A model generated the notes under the pieces. That model made no database searches, was not told the origin of the DNA, and worked only from the letters and a program-made list of their open reading frames with translations. Position numbers and translations under genes: made by a program. This document shows positions 13,718 through 26,150 of a stretch of DNA of 47,798 nt, one piece after another. The first letter of the stretch is position 1; each line of letters opens with the position of its first letter. The DNA is from Ancylonema sp. (lineage: Eukaryota), in contig JBFLGF010000213.1 in assembly GCA_050230475.1 (NCBI GenBank), positions 1 to 47,798 on the forward strand, written 5' to 3'.

Positions 13718-13785
13718 TACAGTTCTCCCTCGATACACTAACCCTCTTCATAAGGACAACCTCGATGTGAGGACAACTTTTATAA
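13718..13785 (+). mobile_element. Probable solo left end of a Tc1/mariner-type element
   Basis: TA followed by CAGTTCTCCCTCGATA and repeated AGGACAAC motifs, an architecture like the complete element at 42025. No partner TIR was found. Confidence 0.3.
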
Positions 13786-15063
13786 AGTTTGATAAAATTT
13801 GTATAAATTTGCCTTCGATACAAACATAACGGCACTCTACATAGAAACCAATTAGTTTTTTTTTTTTTACTGAATGTCATTATACCGTGAAAAGCACGTT
13901 ATTTCTTGCAAATGACGATTTATGGGAATCGAGAAAAATAAAGCATCCAAAACTTTAAAAAATAATGTTAAATAGTAAAAATCATGTGGAAAATTATTAA
14001 TTAACATATTAAATATATTACGTAATTTTACGAAATGATGTAGATGCAAGTGATGAAATTGGGAGGAGGCAAAGTAATATTCAACATTTCTTTAATGCAG
14101 TTTAGATTGAATCATGTCGAAATTACATTGTGTGTCCGTTTGTTATGTTATATTGATGTTGTTGGTGACAACCTTGTTTTATTTTTCCAACCATAAAAAT
14201 GTACACGAAGGATATTGGATTATCGGTATAGATTAGTTTGGTATGTTGGAATATTTAGAAGTTTGTTTGAAAATTTTGTGAATTTTGTACTTTTCGGAAC
14301 TAATGTAGTTCTCGCCATGACAGATGTTGGTGTGTCTTGCCTATCGGAAACTTTCGATGTTTTTCATGACATTGTGTTGACTCCATGTCCAACAAAATTT
14401 GCGGGTACTTTCTTCTTCGTACGACCTTAACTCTTCTCCAACTCTCCCTGTAACGTTTTCGATATATACTTTTTGCTAGTCCCCGTGTGCATCATTACGC
14501 ACTGGTATTGCTTGTATCACAACACACACGCTAAGTTAAATGATGTTGCCAAGGCAACTTACTTTAGAACATAAATGAAGTGTTCAGACATAAATACATG
14601 GGCATATAAATATAGGCACATAAATGAACGTTTCGGAGATCAAAATATATTATTATGTGTGAATCGGTATTTTTTCTTCATGATTGTCAGTTTTTTATGT
14701 CGACAACGATTTTAGCGACGTGATTGGGCCCCAAAAACACATCATGAGACATGAGAATTTGTCGATTTAGAAGAAACCAAGGTTATTAAGATTAGAAGTT
14801 TTTAGGGATATTGAAGGTTAGGGGGGGGGTCTAAGCCTTATAAACCCACCATCATCAGACCGGTTTCACCTGTCTTATATGATTTCTTGTATATGGACAT
14901 CGTGGCTAAATTGATGAAAAGCTTCCGCCAGAGTGCAGCCATGGCGTTCTCGGGTGGAGGGGAGAGAGGGTTGTCGTTTCGCCTCGTACCGCAGGTGGAA
15001 GACCTGCCTGATCGTCTGGCGGCCATCTCATCAGAATGAGCCACCTGGTTTAGGTGTTAGAAA

Positions 15064-15148
15064 GACTAAGATCCGACTAAGATCGTGACCGACTAAGATC
15101 CGTAAGATCCGTAAGATCCGTAAGATCCGTGCGAAGTAAGATCCGTGC
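15064..15148. repeat. Cluster of seven TAAGATC motifs, partly as a 9-bp tandem (TAAGATCCG)
   Basis: TAAGATC starts at 15067, 15078, 15094, 15103, 15112, 15121 and 15137. Confidence 0.85.
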
Positions 15149-15149
15149 G

Positions 15150-18100
15150 TCCATGCCAACTTCACTGGTTCCAGGGATGGGTCTCGCAAACCGACGGCGT
15201 CTTGGCAGCCGGAAGAAAATCAACTGAGAGGTGCAGGACTTTGGGGACGTGGTGTAGTAATTTTCTCTGCATCTGAAGTCGCATATTGATTCACTTGCTT
15301 CCTTTCCTGTTTGCGCCACAAGAAGAAGCTCTCTGGCTCGCTCATTTTTATACGGCGTGCCTGCAGGCAAGAATGGATCTGAATCTGGGTCAAGTACTTC
15401 CCAGTTGACATCGGGGTACTCGCTGCCAACACCGTGGGTCCGTGAAAGTTGCGGCTCTGCCAGACGTAGCATGACAGAATATGTAGACTGACCTGAAGAG
15501 CTCTCCAGATTGTCAAAGCAGTTTGCCCTGTAAACGCAGAATTTCCAAGAATGCACTGAGAGACAATTCTGTAGTGCTCGAATGGTCTATTGGTGACCTC
15601 GTTATAACGTCTGTAACGTCTTTGTATTTCTCTTGTCATCTTGATGTCTTCTTGGACTTCCCGAGATGTAGGACCGGAGTGGCAATGAACAGGAATTGAC
15701 ACAGGAGGTCAGATTGGAATGCTCAGAGAGTCGAATGTGGTAGACGAGATAGAGCTAGATGCTCCGAGGCGTTGACCTGCGTTGCCTGATGCTGGAAACC
15801 TGGGTGTTGGAACAACCAGAGTGTTGATTAGACCACGTTGAGATTTTGAGAATTTTGTAAATATCTATCATGGTAGCACGATGCTCACCACCACGGCTTG
15901 TCCCTACAACGTGCTGTCCGTGTGTTTATTTAGGAGTTAGAAGATGCCTTGAACATGTCAGGGGAGGAAAACATCAGCTAAGAACTGTGGGTGCTGGCGG
16001 AAGTAAATAAGAAACGGACCCCTTGAGTCCGTGTACAGGAATGTCGGACAACACGAATTGAATGTGTTGAGGCACAGCCTCCGGTTCGGGTGCTGAGATG
16101 GGCCACAGTCCACCGTCCAGGGCCTGAGATTTGAGGGGAAGGTGCCGTGCACGGAAGGAGTTGGATATGGAACCCGTGTCGAGCCCAAGGTCAGTAACCC
16201 ATAGCTTTTTGTGACTCACCGATGTATCCTAGACAGCCCTTCACTCCAGCTGGCTGCTGTGTACCATGGAACTGTAGTGGACAGTTGACATGGGCTGTAT
16301 GGTGTGGTGATCTCAAACACTAATAATTTATTCCGTTGGTCTCCTAAGGCTTTGTTTTGTTGGACTTGGAAAGACTTTCTATCGTTCAGGTCGCGGATTC
16401 ATCGTCAAGCCAGCTCTTGAATTCTCTGTTTCTTCAGGAGGGCATGGTGTCAACTACAATCGGACACGTGTCAAGGCAAGCAAGAATTGGTGACATCAGC
16501 ACACATGTTGTACCTGAATTCTTGTGGTGCCTCTGTCAAACGAGGGTTCTCTCTTTATGTAAATTGTTGTCAATTCTGATCCCAGTCTGCCCAGAACCAT
16601 GACCTATGTTGGGGAAACGACAGTTGACGAGCATGGGATTCTTTTCGGAATCCCCCTGTCTCCAGCAATTCCTCTCAAGGATATTGCATGGAGCCACTGT
16701 GAGTGAGTAATGGTGATTTATACCAGTTGTAAGAGTATCAACGTGCGCAACGTACGAGAGATGGAGACAATGCGCTCTCAGGATGTTGTGACAAGAGAAG
16801 TATGGAGATCACAGCAGGCCACTCTAAAAAGGGATCTGGAGAGGTTTGAGCAGGTCAGTTCCCAACAAATGTTATACACGTCTGTTTTTGTATGAACTTG
16901 TGAAGGTGTTGGTGCTTTGAAACCAACTCTGGTGCAATGCCTTGCTATGGATGCACCAGCTCATCCTATGGACTGCACGCGGGTACAGTTTGATACAATA
17001 TCTTGTGACACGTCATTCTGGTGCCTACAGAAGATGGTCGTCCTTGAGATCTATATCCATATGTAAATATGTTATATTTTGTAGTTGGGGGGGAGACAAT
17101 ACTTTCTCCTTTTCATTTTCGCTCGGCCAGCATTTCAAATGTCCAACGAGTGTCGTGACCTACCTCTTTGATAAGATGGTTGTGCGGTTTGCTCTTTCTA
17201 GTGCCTGCTAAGCGGGGTTCGTTTCCTCCAAGTCTTGTCCCCGAGCGTCTTTCACACTTTGTTTACTCGGCACAACCATAGGAGCGTTCGGACATGCGTT
17301 TTGGTATCTTGAATGGTAGGTACCATGTTTCGGGTAGCTCTTTATCTGCTTCCTTTTATAAGAAATCTAGTAATCTTCCTCTACAAGAATTTCGTACGAA
17401 ATGTAAAACCCGAAATATAAGGAGAATTTTGATCACTTTATACAAGAGTCCCCAAGCGTATAGATAGAGGTATGTTTGACTGGATTCTTCACATTTTTTG
17501 TTTGAGTCGGGAAAACAAAATTTGATGAAGGAACACCCATGGACTCGTTTCTCACCAATTCTTGCTATCAATGGTACGTGTTCTATAAATACAGTTGACC
17601 CCACGGATTCTCTGCACACATTGGTTGTGTCTCTAGCGCGCCGTACAATTGATGTTAATGATGTTGCAAAATTGATACTAATCTGACAGCAAGAACTAGG
17701 CAAACAACCTTTTGTGCGGTGTAGGATGCCAATCCATATAACGCACATAGGCTTTTTTATATGGGTGATGTGGTATTTCGAAACCAGGCTTTAAATTGAG
17801 TATAGAGGATAGCTCATGTAAGTGACGGACATTTGGTCTCCTAAGTCGTATGGCCGAAGGATTTAGTGCTGACACATCTTGTGATCAATAGTGAGCCCCA
17901 TTAGACTGTTGTGTATGACGGACTTGATGACGAAGGATGTTGCATTACCACTAGTAGATCCGTGACCATGCATTGATACCGAGGATACGAATTGTACATG
18001 AGTACTGCAATATTATGCCCCTTGCAAGAGTTATAGGTGTGTTTGTCACTGTGTGGTCCATATTTGCACATCTGGCGGATATGAGTCCCGATTCCGGACC
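15150..18100 (-). pseudogene. Decayed coding-like block of unknown origin (TE or endogenous viral relic)
   Basis: Higher GC than its flanks, no evident intron structure, and long minus-strand frames broken by isolated stops (e.g. ...EADKELPETWYLPFKIPKRMSER...HLIKEVGHDTRWTFEMLAERK...; ORFs 15077-15556, 15220-15702, 15974-16219). No domain recognised. Confidence 0.4.
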
Positions 18101-18436
18101 GGATAACGTCCTTCTAGGCCAAAATGCCCGATCGACAATATTAGGGTACTTTCGGTTTTTCTTTCCTGATTTGGAAAGCTTTATCGTGGATATAAAAATC
18201 AGGAAAACAACTTGTATATTTATCAATTTGGCTTGTGCATCGTGCAAAAATGAAAGAAATATTTACTCTCACAAATATTCCCGACATGTGCATCTTTCCC
18301 GAAAAATTGTCGGGGGGGGGGGTGGAACTATAAGATCCCTGGGCCGACCGCGTCCTAACTCCGGACCCGGTCTGACCACAGTCCGAAAAATCAATTTTGC
18401 ATGTCCGTGCACCTACAGTGTAGTCTATGTGTCTAA

Positions 18437-18692
18437 CACAGTTGGATCCCGATCCCCCGATCCCGATCCGGATCGGAGCAAGATCAGGTAAGATCCGGAT
18501 CGAATCCGGATGGAATATTCCGATCGGGTCGAATTCAACTAGTGACTGCTAGACGGTTGGATATGCCAATTTATACGCCGCAATCGGTGCTCATTCATTA
18601 CTGAAGCAAATTTAAAATGCCTTCACCAAGTCAGGCGTGGTCACAATCGAAACCGGATTGTAAATTTCCCGATCGGATCGGAGCCAACTATG
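18437..18692. mobile_element. Putative hAT-type MITE (CAYAGTTGG ends, CCGATC/GATCCG subterminal motifs)
   Basis: Left end CACAGTTGGATCCCGATCC; right end reverse complement CATAGTTGGCTCCGATCC; many GATC motifs inside. No TSD recognisable. Confidence 0.5.
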
Positions 18693-20473
18693 GGATTTGT
18701 CGCAAGCTTACTTGCGCTATTATATATTGTTGTGAATTTGGTGCAGAAGCACAACTACTTACTTCGCTACAAACATGTGCTAGAGATAAGTGATAAAGCT
18801 TATCATGCTCATTTGATCACTGCCTAGTACCGGTTGTCCACTAGCAATGTACATAAACAAACCAGGGAATGTGTTTTTTCAGGAGTGAAATTGTTAGCAT
18901 TAAGAAGTCCAGCCGTTGGAGAAACAACTTTATTTGGAGAGGTTCAAGAGAGGGCCCGGTGGAATTTGGGACAGGTCCGAAGCAAACTTCGACAGGGGGG
19001 TGTCGTTCTAGCGTAATCTAGGAAGTACCAATACGACCACATGTTTCAAAGTTGTTGGGAAAGAGAGACTTTTGAATAGTGCTTAAGGGAAGAGATGGAC
19101 GCCCATTAGTGAAGCGGGTCTAAATTGTCGTCACACGTAATGTATTCTTGAGGGGGACCCACTACTTCGTCAAACTTTCGGGTAGAGGAACAAATAAACA
19201 AATACATTTATTAGGTGACACGTGTAACACGTGTCATCCCCTGGGGTGGTGGACGGAACCATTTGATAAAGTGCCGGATAAGAGTCGGAAATAAACTACG
19301 CACAAAGATATAAACCGTGAAGCGGTCCCAAAAATTAAGACTTGGATTTGCGGTTCAAGGCTCGAGTTCTAATAAAAAAGTGAGGTCGGTGGCCTATGAT
19401 GACCACCACGCGCCATGTATCAATGATCATGTTGCACTCGCATCCACCCCGACAAAGAAAATGTGGAGGAAGACGATCGTGTACCATCGTGGGCCGTCTA
19501 GCGTGAATCGCACAAAGTGGAATCCTTATTTTGCCACATCGATGTAAATATAGTTTTTTTTAGTTTATTGAATTCCCACTCAAACTATTACCCGCATCCG
19601 CTACTACTGATTTTTTCCATTTCCCCAGTATTTTCCCTCGAATAAAGCAGGCAACGGAAGCTCGATTGCTGTTGCCCCCCCCCCCCCCCTCCTCTAACTA
19701 TTCCTATCATTTTTAATGCCAAGTTTGTCATTCTTTTAAACAGTACCAATTAGTTTCGTCCGTCAAAGTCTCGGAATCTTTAGCGCACACATTAAAAATC
19801 GGATGAATGCAATCATCCCTATATATCGAAGATTGTCCCGCTTACATGATTAATACGTTTGATCGTGCGTTGAAAGATCTATGACGCTTTGGCAAGGTAT
19901 ACCGTAGCGTGTATAGTACTCAATCTGTAAAATCTTGGAGTTTCACACGTCGATCTCTCAAAGAACGCAAAGTTTGAGAGTCAAAACCATAACAAATTCA
20001 TCAGCTTGAAAGATGATGTGGAAAAATAGCATGGAAGGTCAGAAGTGATAACAAAGGATTTTTTTGGGGATTCTTGCCGGGACCATCAATTGCGACCACC
20101 TTTTATATATAGTGAGGGTGGCTTGTGCCATAATCAAACACGTGAGCGAATGAGCTTGTGCAAAATTGTGTTGCATTTGACATGTATTATAACAAGTGTA
20201 CCACACTCCTGAATGTGATCAAAAGTTGGTGAGCAAAAGTGATATGTTATACTTCATTCATTCAAGACAAACGCGTGTCGATGTATCAACTCAAATATGG
20301 TCATATTATACTATAAGGGAAGATCCTTCTTTTAAGATCCTCCAAATATGTTGCTACAATTTCAATTCCTTCATTGTCTTGTGACTCTCCTACTCCAGAC
20401 AACGAGCTTGATATTGTCTGCAAAACTAGCAATTCTAACTCACGACGAGTTGTATGATTGAGGTACAGCCATA

Positions 20474-22280
20474 TTATCCCCACTCGACCTCCCTACTGGT
20501 CTCAAGAAACGTAATGATGGCATCGTTTACGGCCTTCGGATGATCCCACATGAGCCAATACGTCAACTGCACAACGACATCGCATGAGGGTTATGGGGGG
20601 TAGGGGGGTTTATTTTGACTTGGCACGAATTTCTAAAACAACATTAGTGCGAAACCATCATCGTGATTTCGCATTTAAAAACAAGCATTTAAACGAGGGA
20701 AACCATATGAGGTAAAGCTTTCCTTTGTCATTTGATCGTCAATTTATGAGGCCGATCCAAATTTATCTTGTTTATACTTCATATTTCGTGTATTATGTGA
20801 CATTGTAATACGTTTTATGGGATACGTGATTCGAAGTGCTTCATCGATGATTGGAAAGGGTGTGCATAACGCCACGTGGGTCTTCGAATAACTACTTTAT
20901 GCCTGAATGTGAAAGAGACATGGTTGCCTACCGCAGGGAGTTGAACCAACTTCGCATGCGGAACAAGAGATGGTGGCGGTGCTGCCATCTCTAGGCGGGC
21001 GTACTTATCTCTTCCCCCCCACAGAATCAGGACCGGGTGCTCGATCGTTATATCGACCTTATCGTACCAAAGATTTTGGAAATACGCCCTGTGGTAATTC
21101 ATCCCAGCCGTAAGCGCCCCCGCTCCTTTGAAAACGTCAAGGTGTCTTGCGCAACGACAACCAAGATAGAGTACATGTCATCGTCATAGCACTCGTGGGT
21201 TGCGAGTTCAAATTTTGTCCGTCGATAAAGAGCATAGGTTGACATGAAATACAAGGGAAACGTCAACGTCGTCATCGTCACTGATGTGATTTGACCACAA
21301 TCGTCTCACCTTTGAACCTTCTCCTCGGCCAATGGGTTGATCGGTTCTTCGATGTAACTTTGACGAAGGCGCGCCAAGCTGCACAGCGACCTTACGGATA
21401 TGAATTCCTTCACCTTCAATTACTGACGTTGCAACGGCATGTGTACGCGAAACCACAATCCAGTCACCAATGGGAGGCGTATTTCTTACTTGTTACGTGC
21501 CACAAACAGCTCCGGAAGACCGGGAATCTGAAAGAGGTCTGAAACATTCCACATTCAGGATCAGGGGGGGTTAGGAAGGCTGACATAATAATCGTGCCCT
21601 CCCTTCCCTTTCCCGGTGTTTGTGCTCACACCAATACCAGTAACGGAGGGCGGACCGTGGCTGAGAGAAGAGGCGGAGAGCAGCCTTGAAGGTGGCGGGG
21701 TGTGGCCCGTTTAGCACCGCTAACCGCTCCGTCTTGGCGGGGTAGTCCATAGCAAACACCCATGCCACGTTGGCACCCCACCCGTGACCAATCACAGCCC
21801 TTGCACTCTCGTGTTCGGTGCACACGTCGATGAGGGCGGCAATGTCGGCTGTCACGTATTGGCGACCGTACTGGGAGGCGCCCAGGGGTCGAGATGACTC
21901 GTTGAAACCACGTAGATCAGGAACGACGACATGGAACCCTGCATCTGCGAGAGATCCAATCTGGTCGCACCAGCTGTACCAGAATTCTGGGAAGCCGTGT
22001 AGGAAGACCACCTGAAATGGCGGCCCATGTGTTGGACTTTGATCAAGGGTATAAAGAAGGGCCATAATGTTAGACAATGTACTACTGACATGGTGTAAAA
22101 GTTGGCAAACCCATTTTTATGTACGATAGTAAATCTGAGTGACTACGGAGGTCTTACCAGAGGTGCTGAGACTGGCCCTGCCTCCACGTAGTGCAGATGC
22201 ACACCTGTTGCCACTGTAGCGAATCTGTGCGTTACGCGACATCCTTCGACCAATTCTTCACGAGGAGCATCGGGAAGCAT
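20474..22280 (-). CDS. Epoxide hydrolase-like alpha/beta hydrolase with a degenerate catalytic set, 6 exons, 309 aa
   Basis: Exons 22280-22158, 22011-21630, 21538-21490, 21378-21310, 21145-20932 and 20566-20474 join in frame (930 nt). Motifs: LHYVEAGP, VVFLHGFPEFWYSW, PDLRGFNES, GHGWGANVAW, LAVLNGPHP, WYLFQIPGLPE, GALTAGMNYHRA, PVLILWGGRD, DHPKAVNDAIITFL. Confidence 0.88.
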
Positions 22281-23162
22281 GCTATCTGCCATATAACTGT
22301 CGCGCCGAAGAAGGGGTGTTGGCGAATGTTAATGCTGAAGCTATAGTTATATTCTACAAACTGGGCAGTGACAGCCCACACGTGTCTTGGTAATTGGCCG
22401 TCCGTTTCGGTTTTTTCTAAATTGTGACGTCCGGGACAGCTTCTGCGTGCCACGTTGGCACCATTAATGACGAGGGGATGCGGACGTTCGTTTGAAGTCG
22501 ATTAATGGACTTCGCTATAACAATATTCAACATTTAGTGCCGGCCAGATTTATATAGCGGTCAGTGCCAGATAAATCAAATCCGTCAAGGTCCTCGTATG
22601 GGTCGAAAATGCTGATGACGTGTTTGAGGTACGAAAGTAGTGGGGTGTTTCGAATTTGCAAAGTTGCAAAAAAATGCATCAGTCTTCAAATATTGCCGCT
22701 GAAATTATATCGGTATGTAGCTCGTCATAAGAACTTTCATATTATTTATCGCTTTTATTTTGGACATTGCACCGATACATGCCGTTTTTTTTTTAATTAC
22801 TACGCCTTGTTGATATGTACTCTTCCGTTCTTGACATTTGAGGGTGCGCCCGAATGAAGGTGATTAGATTTATCATCCAAGTTCGTCAAAATGCTATTAC
22901 AATTCTCACAGCATCATTTGTCGATAATTTGCGTGTATCTGTCGACGCGTATGTTGGTTTAAGGGTAACGCACCGTTTTTCACTTCTGACGGTGTATAAG
23001 ATCACATGTTACGGTTTTAATGTTGGTTTCCAATACTTACATTTCATGTATTCCATTCGCACAATACCCAAATTTAAATCATTTGAAATATGAGTTAGCG
23101 GGACTCGAAGGCAAGCTTCCCCTGATCTGTTTTCCATCTTTAAACGCATGATTTCTGAAATA

Positions 23163-23211
23163 TTTGGAGTTCGTGATCTTGAGCGAAAATATAAGGATCA
23201 CGAACTCCAAA
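23163..23211. repeat. Perfect 16-bp inverted repeat (hairpin) with a 17-nt spacer
   Basis: TTTGGAGTTCGTGATC (23163-23178) and GATCACGAACTCCAAA (23196-23211). Confidence 0.85.
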
Positions 23212-23349
23212 GACAAATAATGTTATTGATTTTCGTTATACTTCAAATGAATAAGTAGCAATAGTTCAAAAGCAACTGCATCTTCTAGGTCTACTTGGAT
23301 AGCACATTGACAGTGATTAAATTTTGACATTACATTGATGTGAATGACT

Positions 23350-23409
23350 TGTGCCATCGATGGGTAATCAGTCTTTTAATGTGCCATCGATGGGTAATCA
23401 ATCTTTTAA
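23350..23409. repeat. 30-bp tandem duplication with one mismatch
   Basis: TGTGCCATCGATGGGTAATCA(G/A)TCTTTTAA occurs twice in tandem. Confidence 0.9.
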
Positions 23410-23601
23410 TGTTAGTGAGTAGGTAAAACTCAAAAATCATATATCGTTGAGATCAACGATATCATATATCGTTGAGATCTGTCGATTCGATGGCGATATC
23501 GCAATATAAAATGCGAGAATATATATATAGGCGCGATTTAACAATTGATAGGAGGTTTTGTCGAAATAATATCCTTTTAGTTGAACCAACGAAATGCTGG
23601 C

Positions 23602-24348
23602 CATAGTTGCACCAATACGTGGCTGCCGTCTGCATACAGCCGTTTGCAAACGGCCCATACATGATCCTTGCCGTATGTAGTTTTCCATACGGCTAGTTTT
23701 TTATATATAATTATAATTCTTGTGCTGAAAATTTTCGGTATACATTTTCCAATCCGAAAATTATGCCGAGTCATTTTTTTTTAATTTTAATGGTTAATTA
23801 TACTCTTTTATTACATTTGAAGTTATTTTAACTCAATAATATATCTTCAATATTTTGAGACATGATGATAAACGAAATTTCTTATCTCAAACTCCGCCTC
23901 CTTTTCATTTCATATTCCATCTACTTTATTCCATATTTATCATCCAGTGCTCTCATACTTGGTGTGAGAGGGAATAAATCAATTTGGCTCAACATTAAAT
24001 ACGAACAATAAGTAAGTGCCTATACTCGCCTTCAAGTATCTATCCAAACCCCATACAAATAGCATGTAGCATAGGTACATTTATGGAAATGCCGATCTAA
24101 GGGACACATTTAGCCACCGACTCGTTGACATACACCTACGCCTATACCTTTAATGTAGGCACAAAGCTTAGGTGTGCCACTTACGGTTACGGGTTGATTA
24201 GTTCTTGAACATCCATATCCGTGAAATTAAATTTTCAATATGAAAATTTTACCCGAACGTATGTAGCCGAATGGAAGCGCCACGTATGGCTGGCAAAAGT
24301 ATGGCATACTGCGTATGTTTTTTTTTTTGCCGTATGGGTGCAACTATG
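23602..24348. mobile_element. Non-autonomous hAT element (747 bp)
   Basis: TIRs CATAGTTGCACCAATACG and CGTATGGGTGCAACTATG (17/18 match). Perfect 8-bp TSD ATGCTGGC at 23594-23601 and 24349-24356. CGTATG/CATAC subterminal motifs at both ends. Confidence 0.92.
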
Positions 24349-26150
24349 ATGCTGGCCACCTAAAAATCCGAATCTTCGCCGTAACGACATTTCGACAACC
24401 CGATTTTACTAGGGAAAAACCGAGAACAATAATAGTCGGTGCATACAAGACACTGCATTCAAAATATTTTCAGTGTCTTTTTAAAAATTTGCATGCTACT
24501 TTACATTTTAAAGATGTATTCACCAATAAAAACAACATCTTTTCCTTTTCGATTTTTAGAAACAAGTTTTGGTTTTTCCTTTCTGTCTTATCAATCAGAG
24601 CACCTCCTGTAATATCACTCCGAGCTGCGCTCAACCTCCGGACAATAAACTTCAACTATTTTTATTTGCATATTTCGAGCATTACCATGCCTTGACGAGT
24701 AACCTTTTTCACATGAGTTGATGACGTTCGGTCACCTTAACACTGTCCCACTTCGAATCGATACGGGAAGGGATGTTTTGCACATTGCGTTGTTGTTTGT
24801 GATATTTATCCTTGTTGTTATGTGCCTCTTATAAGATGCGTTACAAGTTTCCTATGCTGTCAACCTCTCCGAACGGCGACACGTCGAAAAGAAAATGTCT
24901 GAAATTAATGGGCGATCGGATGACCGTGCAGCCATATCATTAAATAAAATAAGCATCGATACACATCATAATACTCGAAAGGTAGGAGGTGTTTTTTCAG
25001 ATATTCACTACATTCGGTTTTGGCCCGTGGATATTGAGATATTTAGTGGGCATATCATGTTCAATATATTTCATTCATCTAGAAATTGCATGTTTTTGTA
25101 ACGAGTATAACTATTGAGAGAAGCTCTATTTGATTTTGCGAAAAAATATTTTATAGGAATCGGTGACAGAGATAATTTGTATATCCCTCACCAACAATGT
25201 ACGAGCGATATTTCCCATTTGTACGCTACATATAAAAAAAAAGGAATTATTGGAGTAAGCTTAGAACCATCAATCATCATATTTATTCGTTGTTCATACG
25301 ACCGAATTTTTCCCTTTTGACACATCCTCACGACCTTTCATCCATGTCAACCTGATGGCAGACTGCTCCTAGACGATCTACGTACGTAATTACTATTGCA
25401 CTTTCAGGAGTTGATTATATTGCGTCTTGGCCAACACGCGTGGTATCGTTACGTCTAAATCAATGATTTGTCGCTTCTCACATGTTCTAATCAGTTCGAC
25501 TTATGGGGACTGGTGGACTAAAGCGTGACGACAGATGATCTTTGAAAAAGCGATCGCGTTTTTATACGTGTCCGAGATAGTACACAGTGCTACTGATACG
25601 TCAGATGTTGCTGCCTTGTCACCGTCAGGTCTACGGGTGAGGCGAAAGATCATTGGTGAGTAGCGCCCGATGACAATACTTTTCAGGTTCTTATTGAATC
25701 TAACATTGTGTGCGTTCATATAAAATAAGATAAATCATTCTCATCATCGTTTTTAATGATGGGGTATGCAAACAAACAGGGGAGCTTCAATTCGTCTCGC
25801 AGTTTTTTTAGAAGTCATCTGGAAAAAACAAAGAACGGCTCTTTCCGGTTAAATTCAATTTCGTGCAGCCACGTGCTGACTTCACAGTGCACTATAAGAT
25901 GTTGTGAGAAATACTAATTTTCAAGATTTTCCACTTCTGCATTGCATTCGCAGTCTTTCAATGCCCTATGACTGGCTCAATTTCATGTGCTCATCGTTTG
26001 ACGACCTCCATAGTTCTCGTCATGGCCCCATACCTCGTGGAGTTTCTTCTGTCTCCAACCCATTGTTTCTCCGTAGCGCTTACGCATCAGCACTGAAGTG
26101 CAAACATTCTGATGTATAAGCTTTGAATTAATATCCACCGCATCGTCGCG

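Noticed and set aside
15064..15148. Short repeat cluster considered as a CRISPR-like array
   Set aside because: Units are 7-11 bp and nearly contiguous, with no unique spacers or cas genes, in a eukaryotic context.
19216..19236. Palindrome TGACACGTGT-A-ACACGTGTCA (double G-box)
   Set aside because: Not in an evident promoter; CACGTG palindromes are frequent in TE-like DNA in this window.
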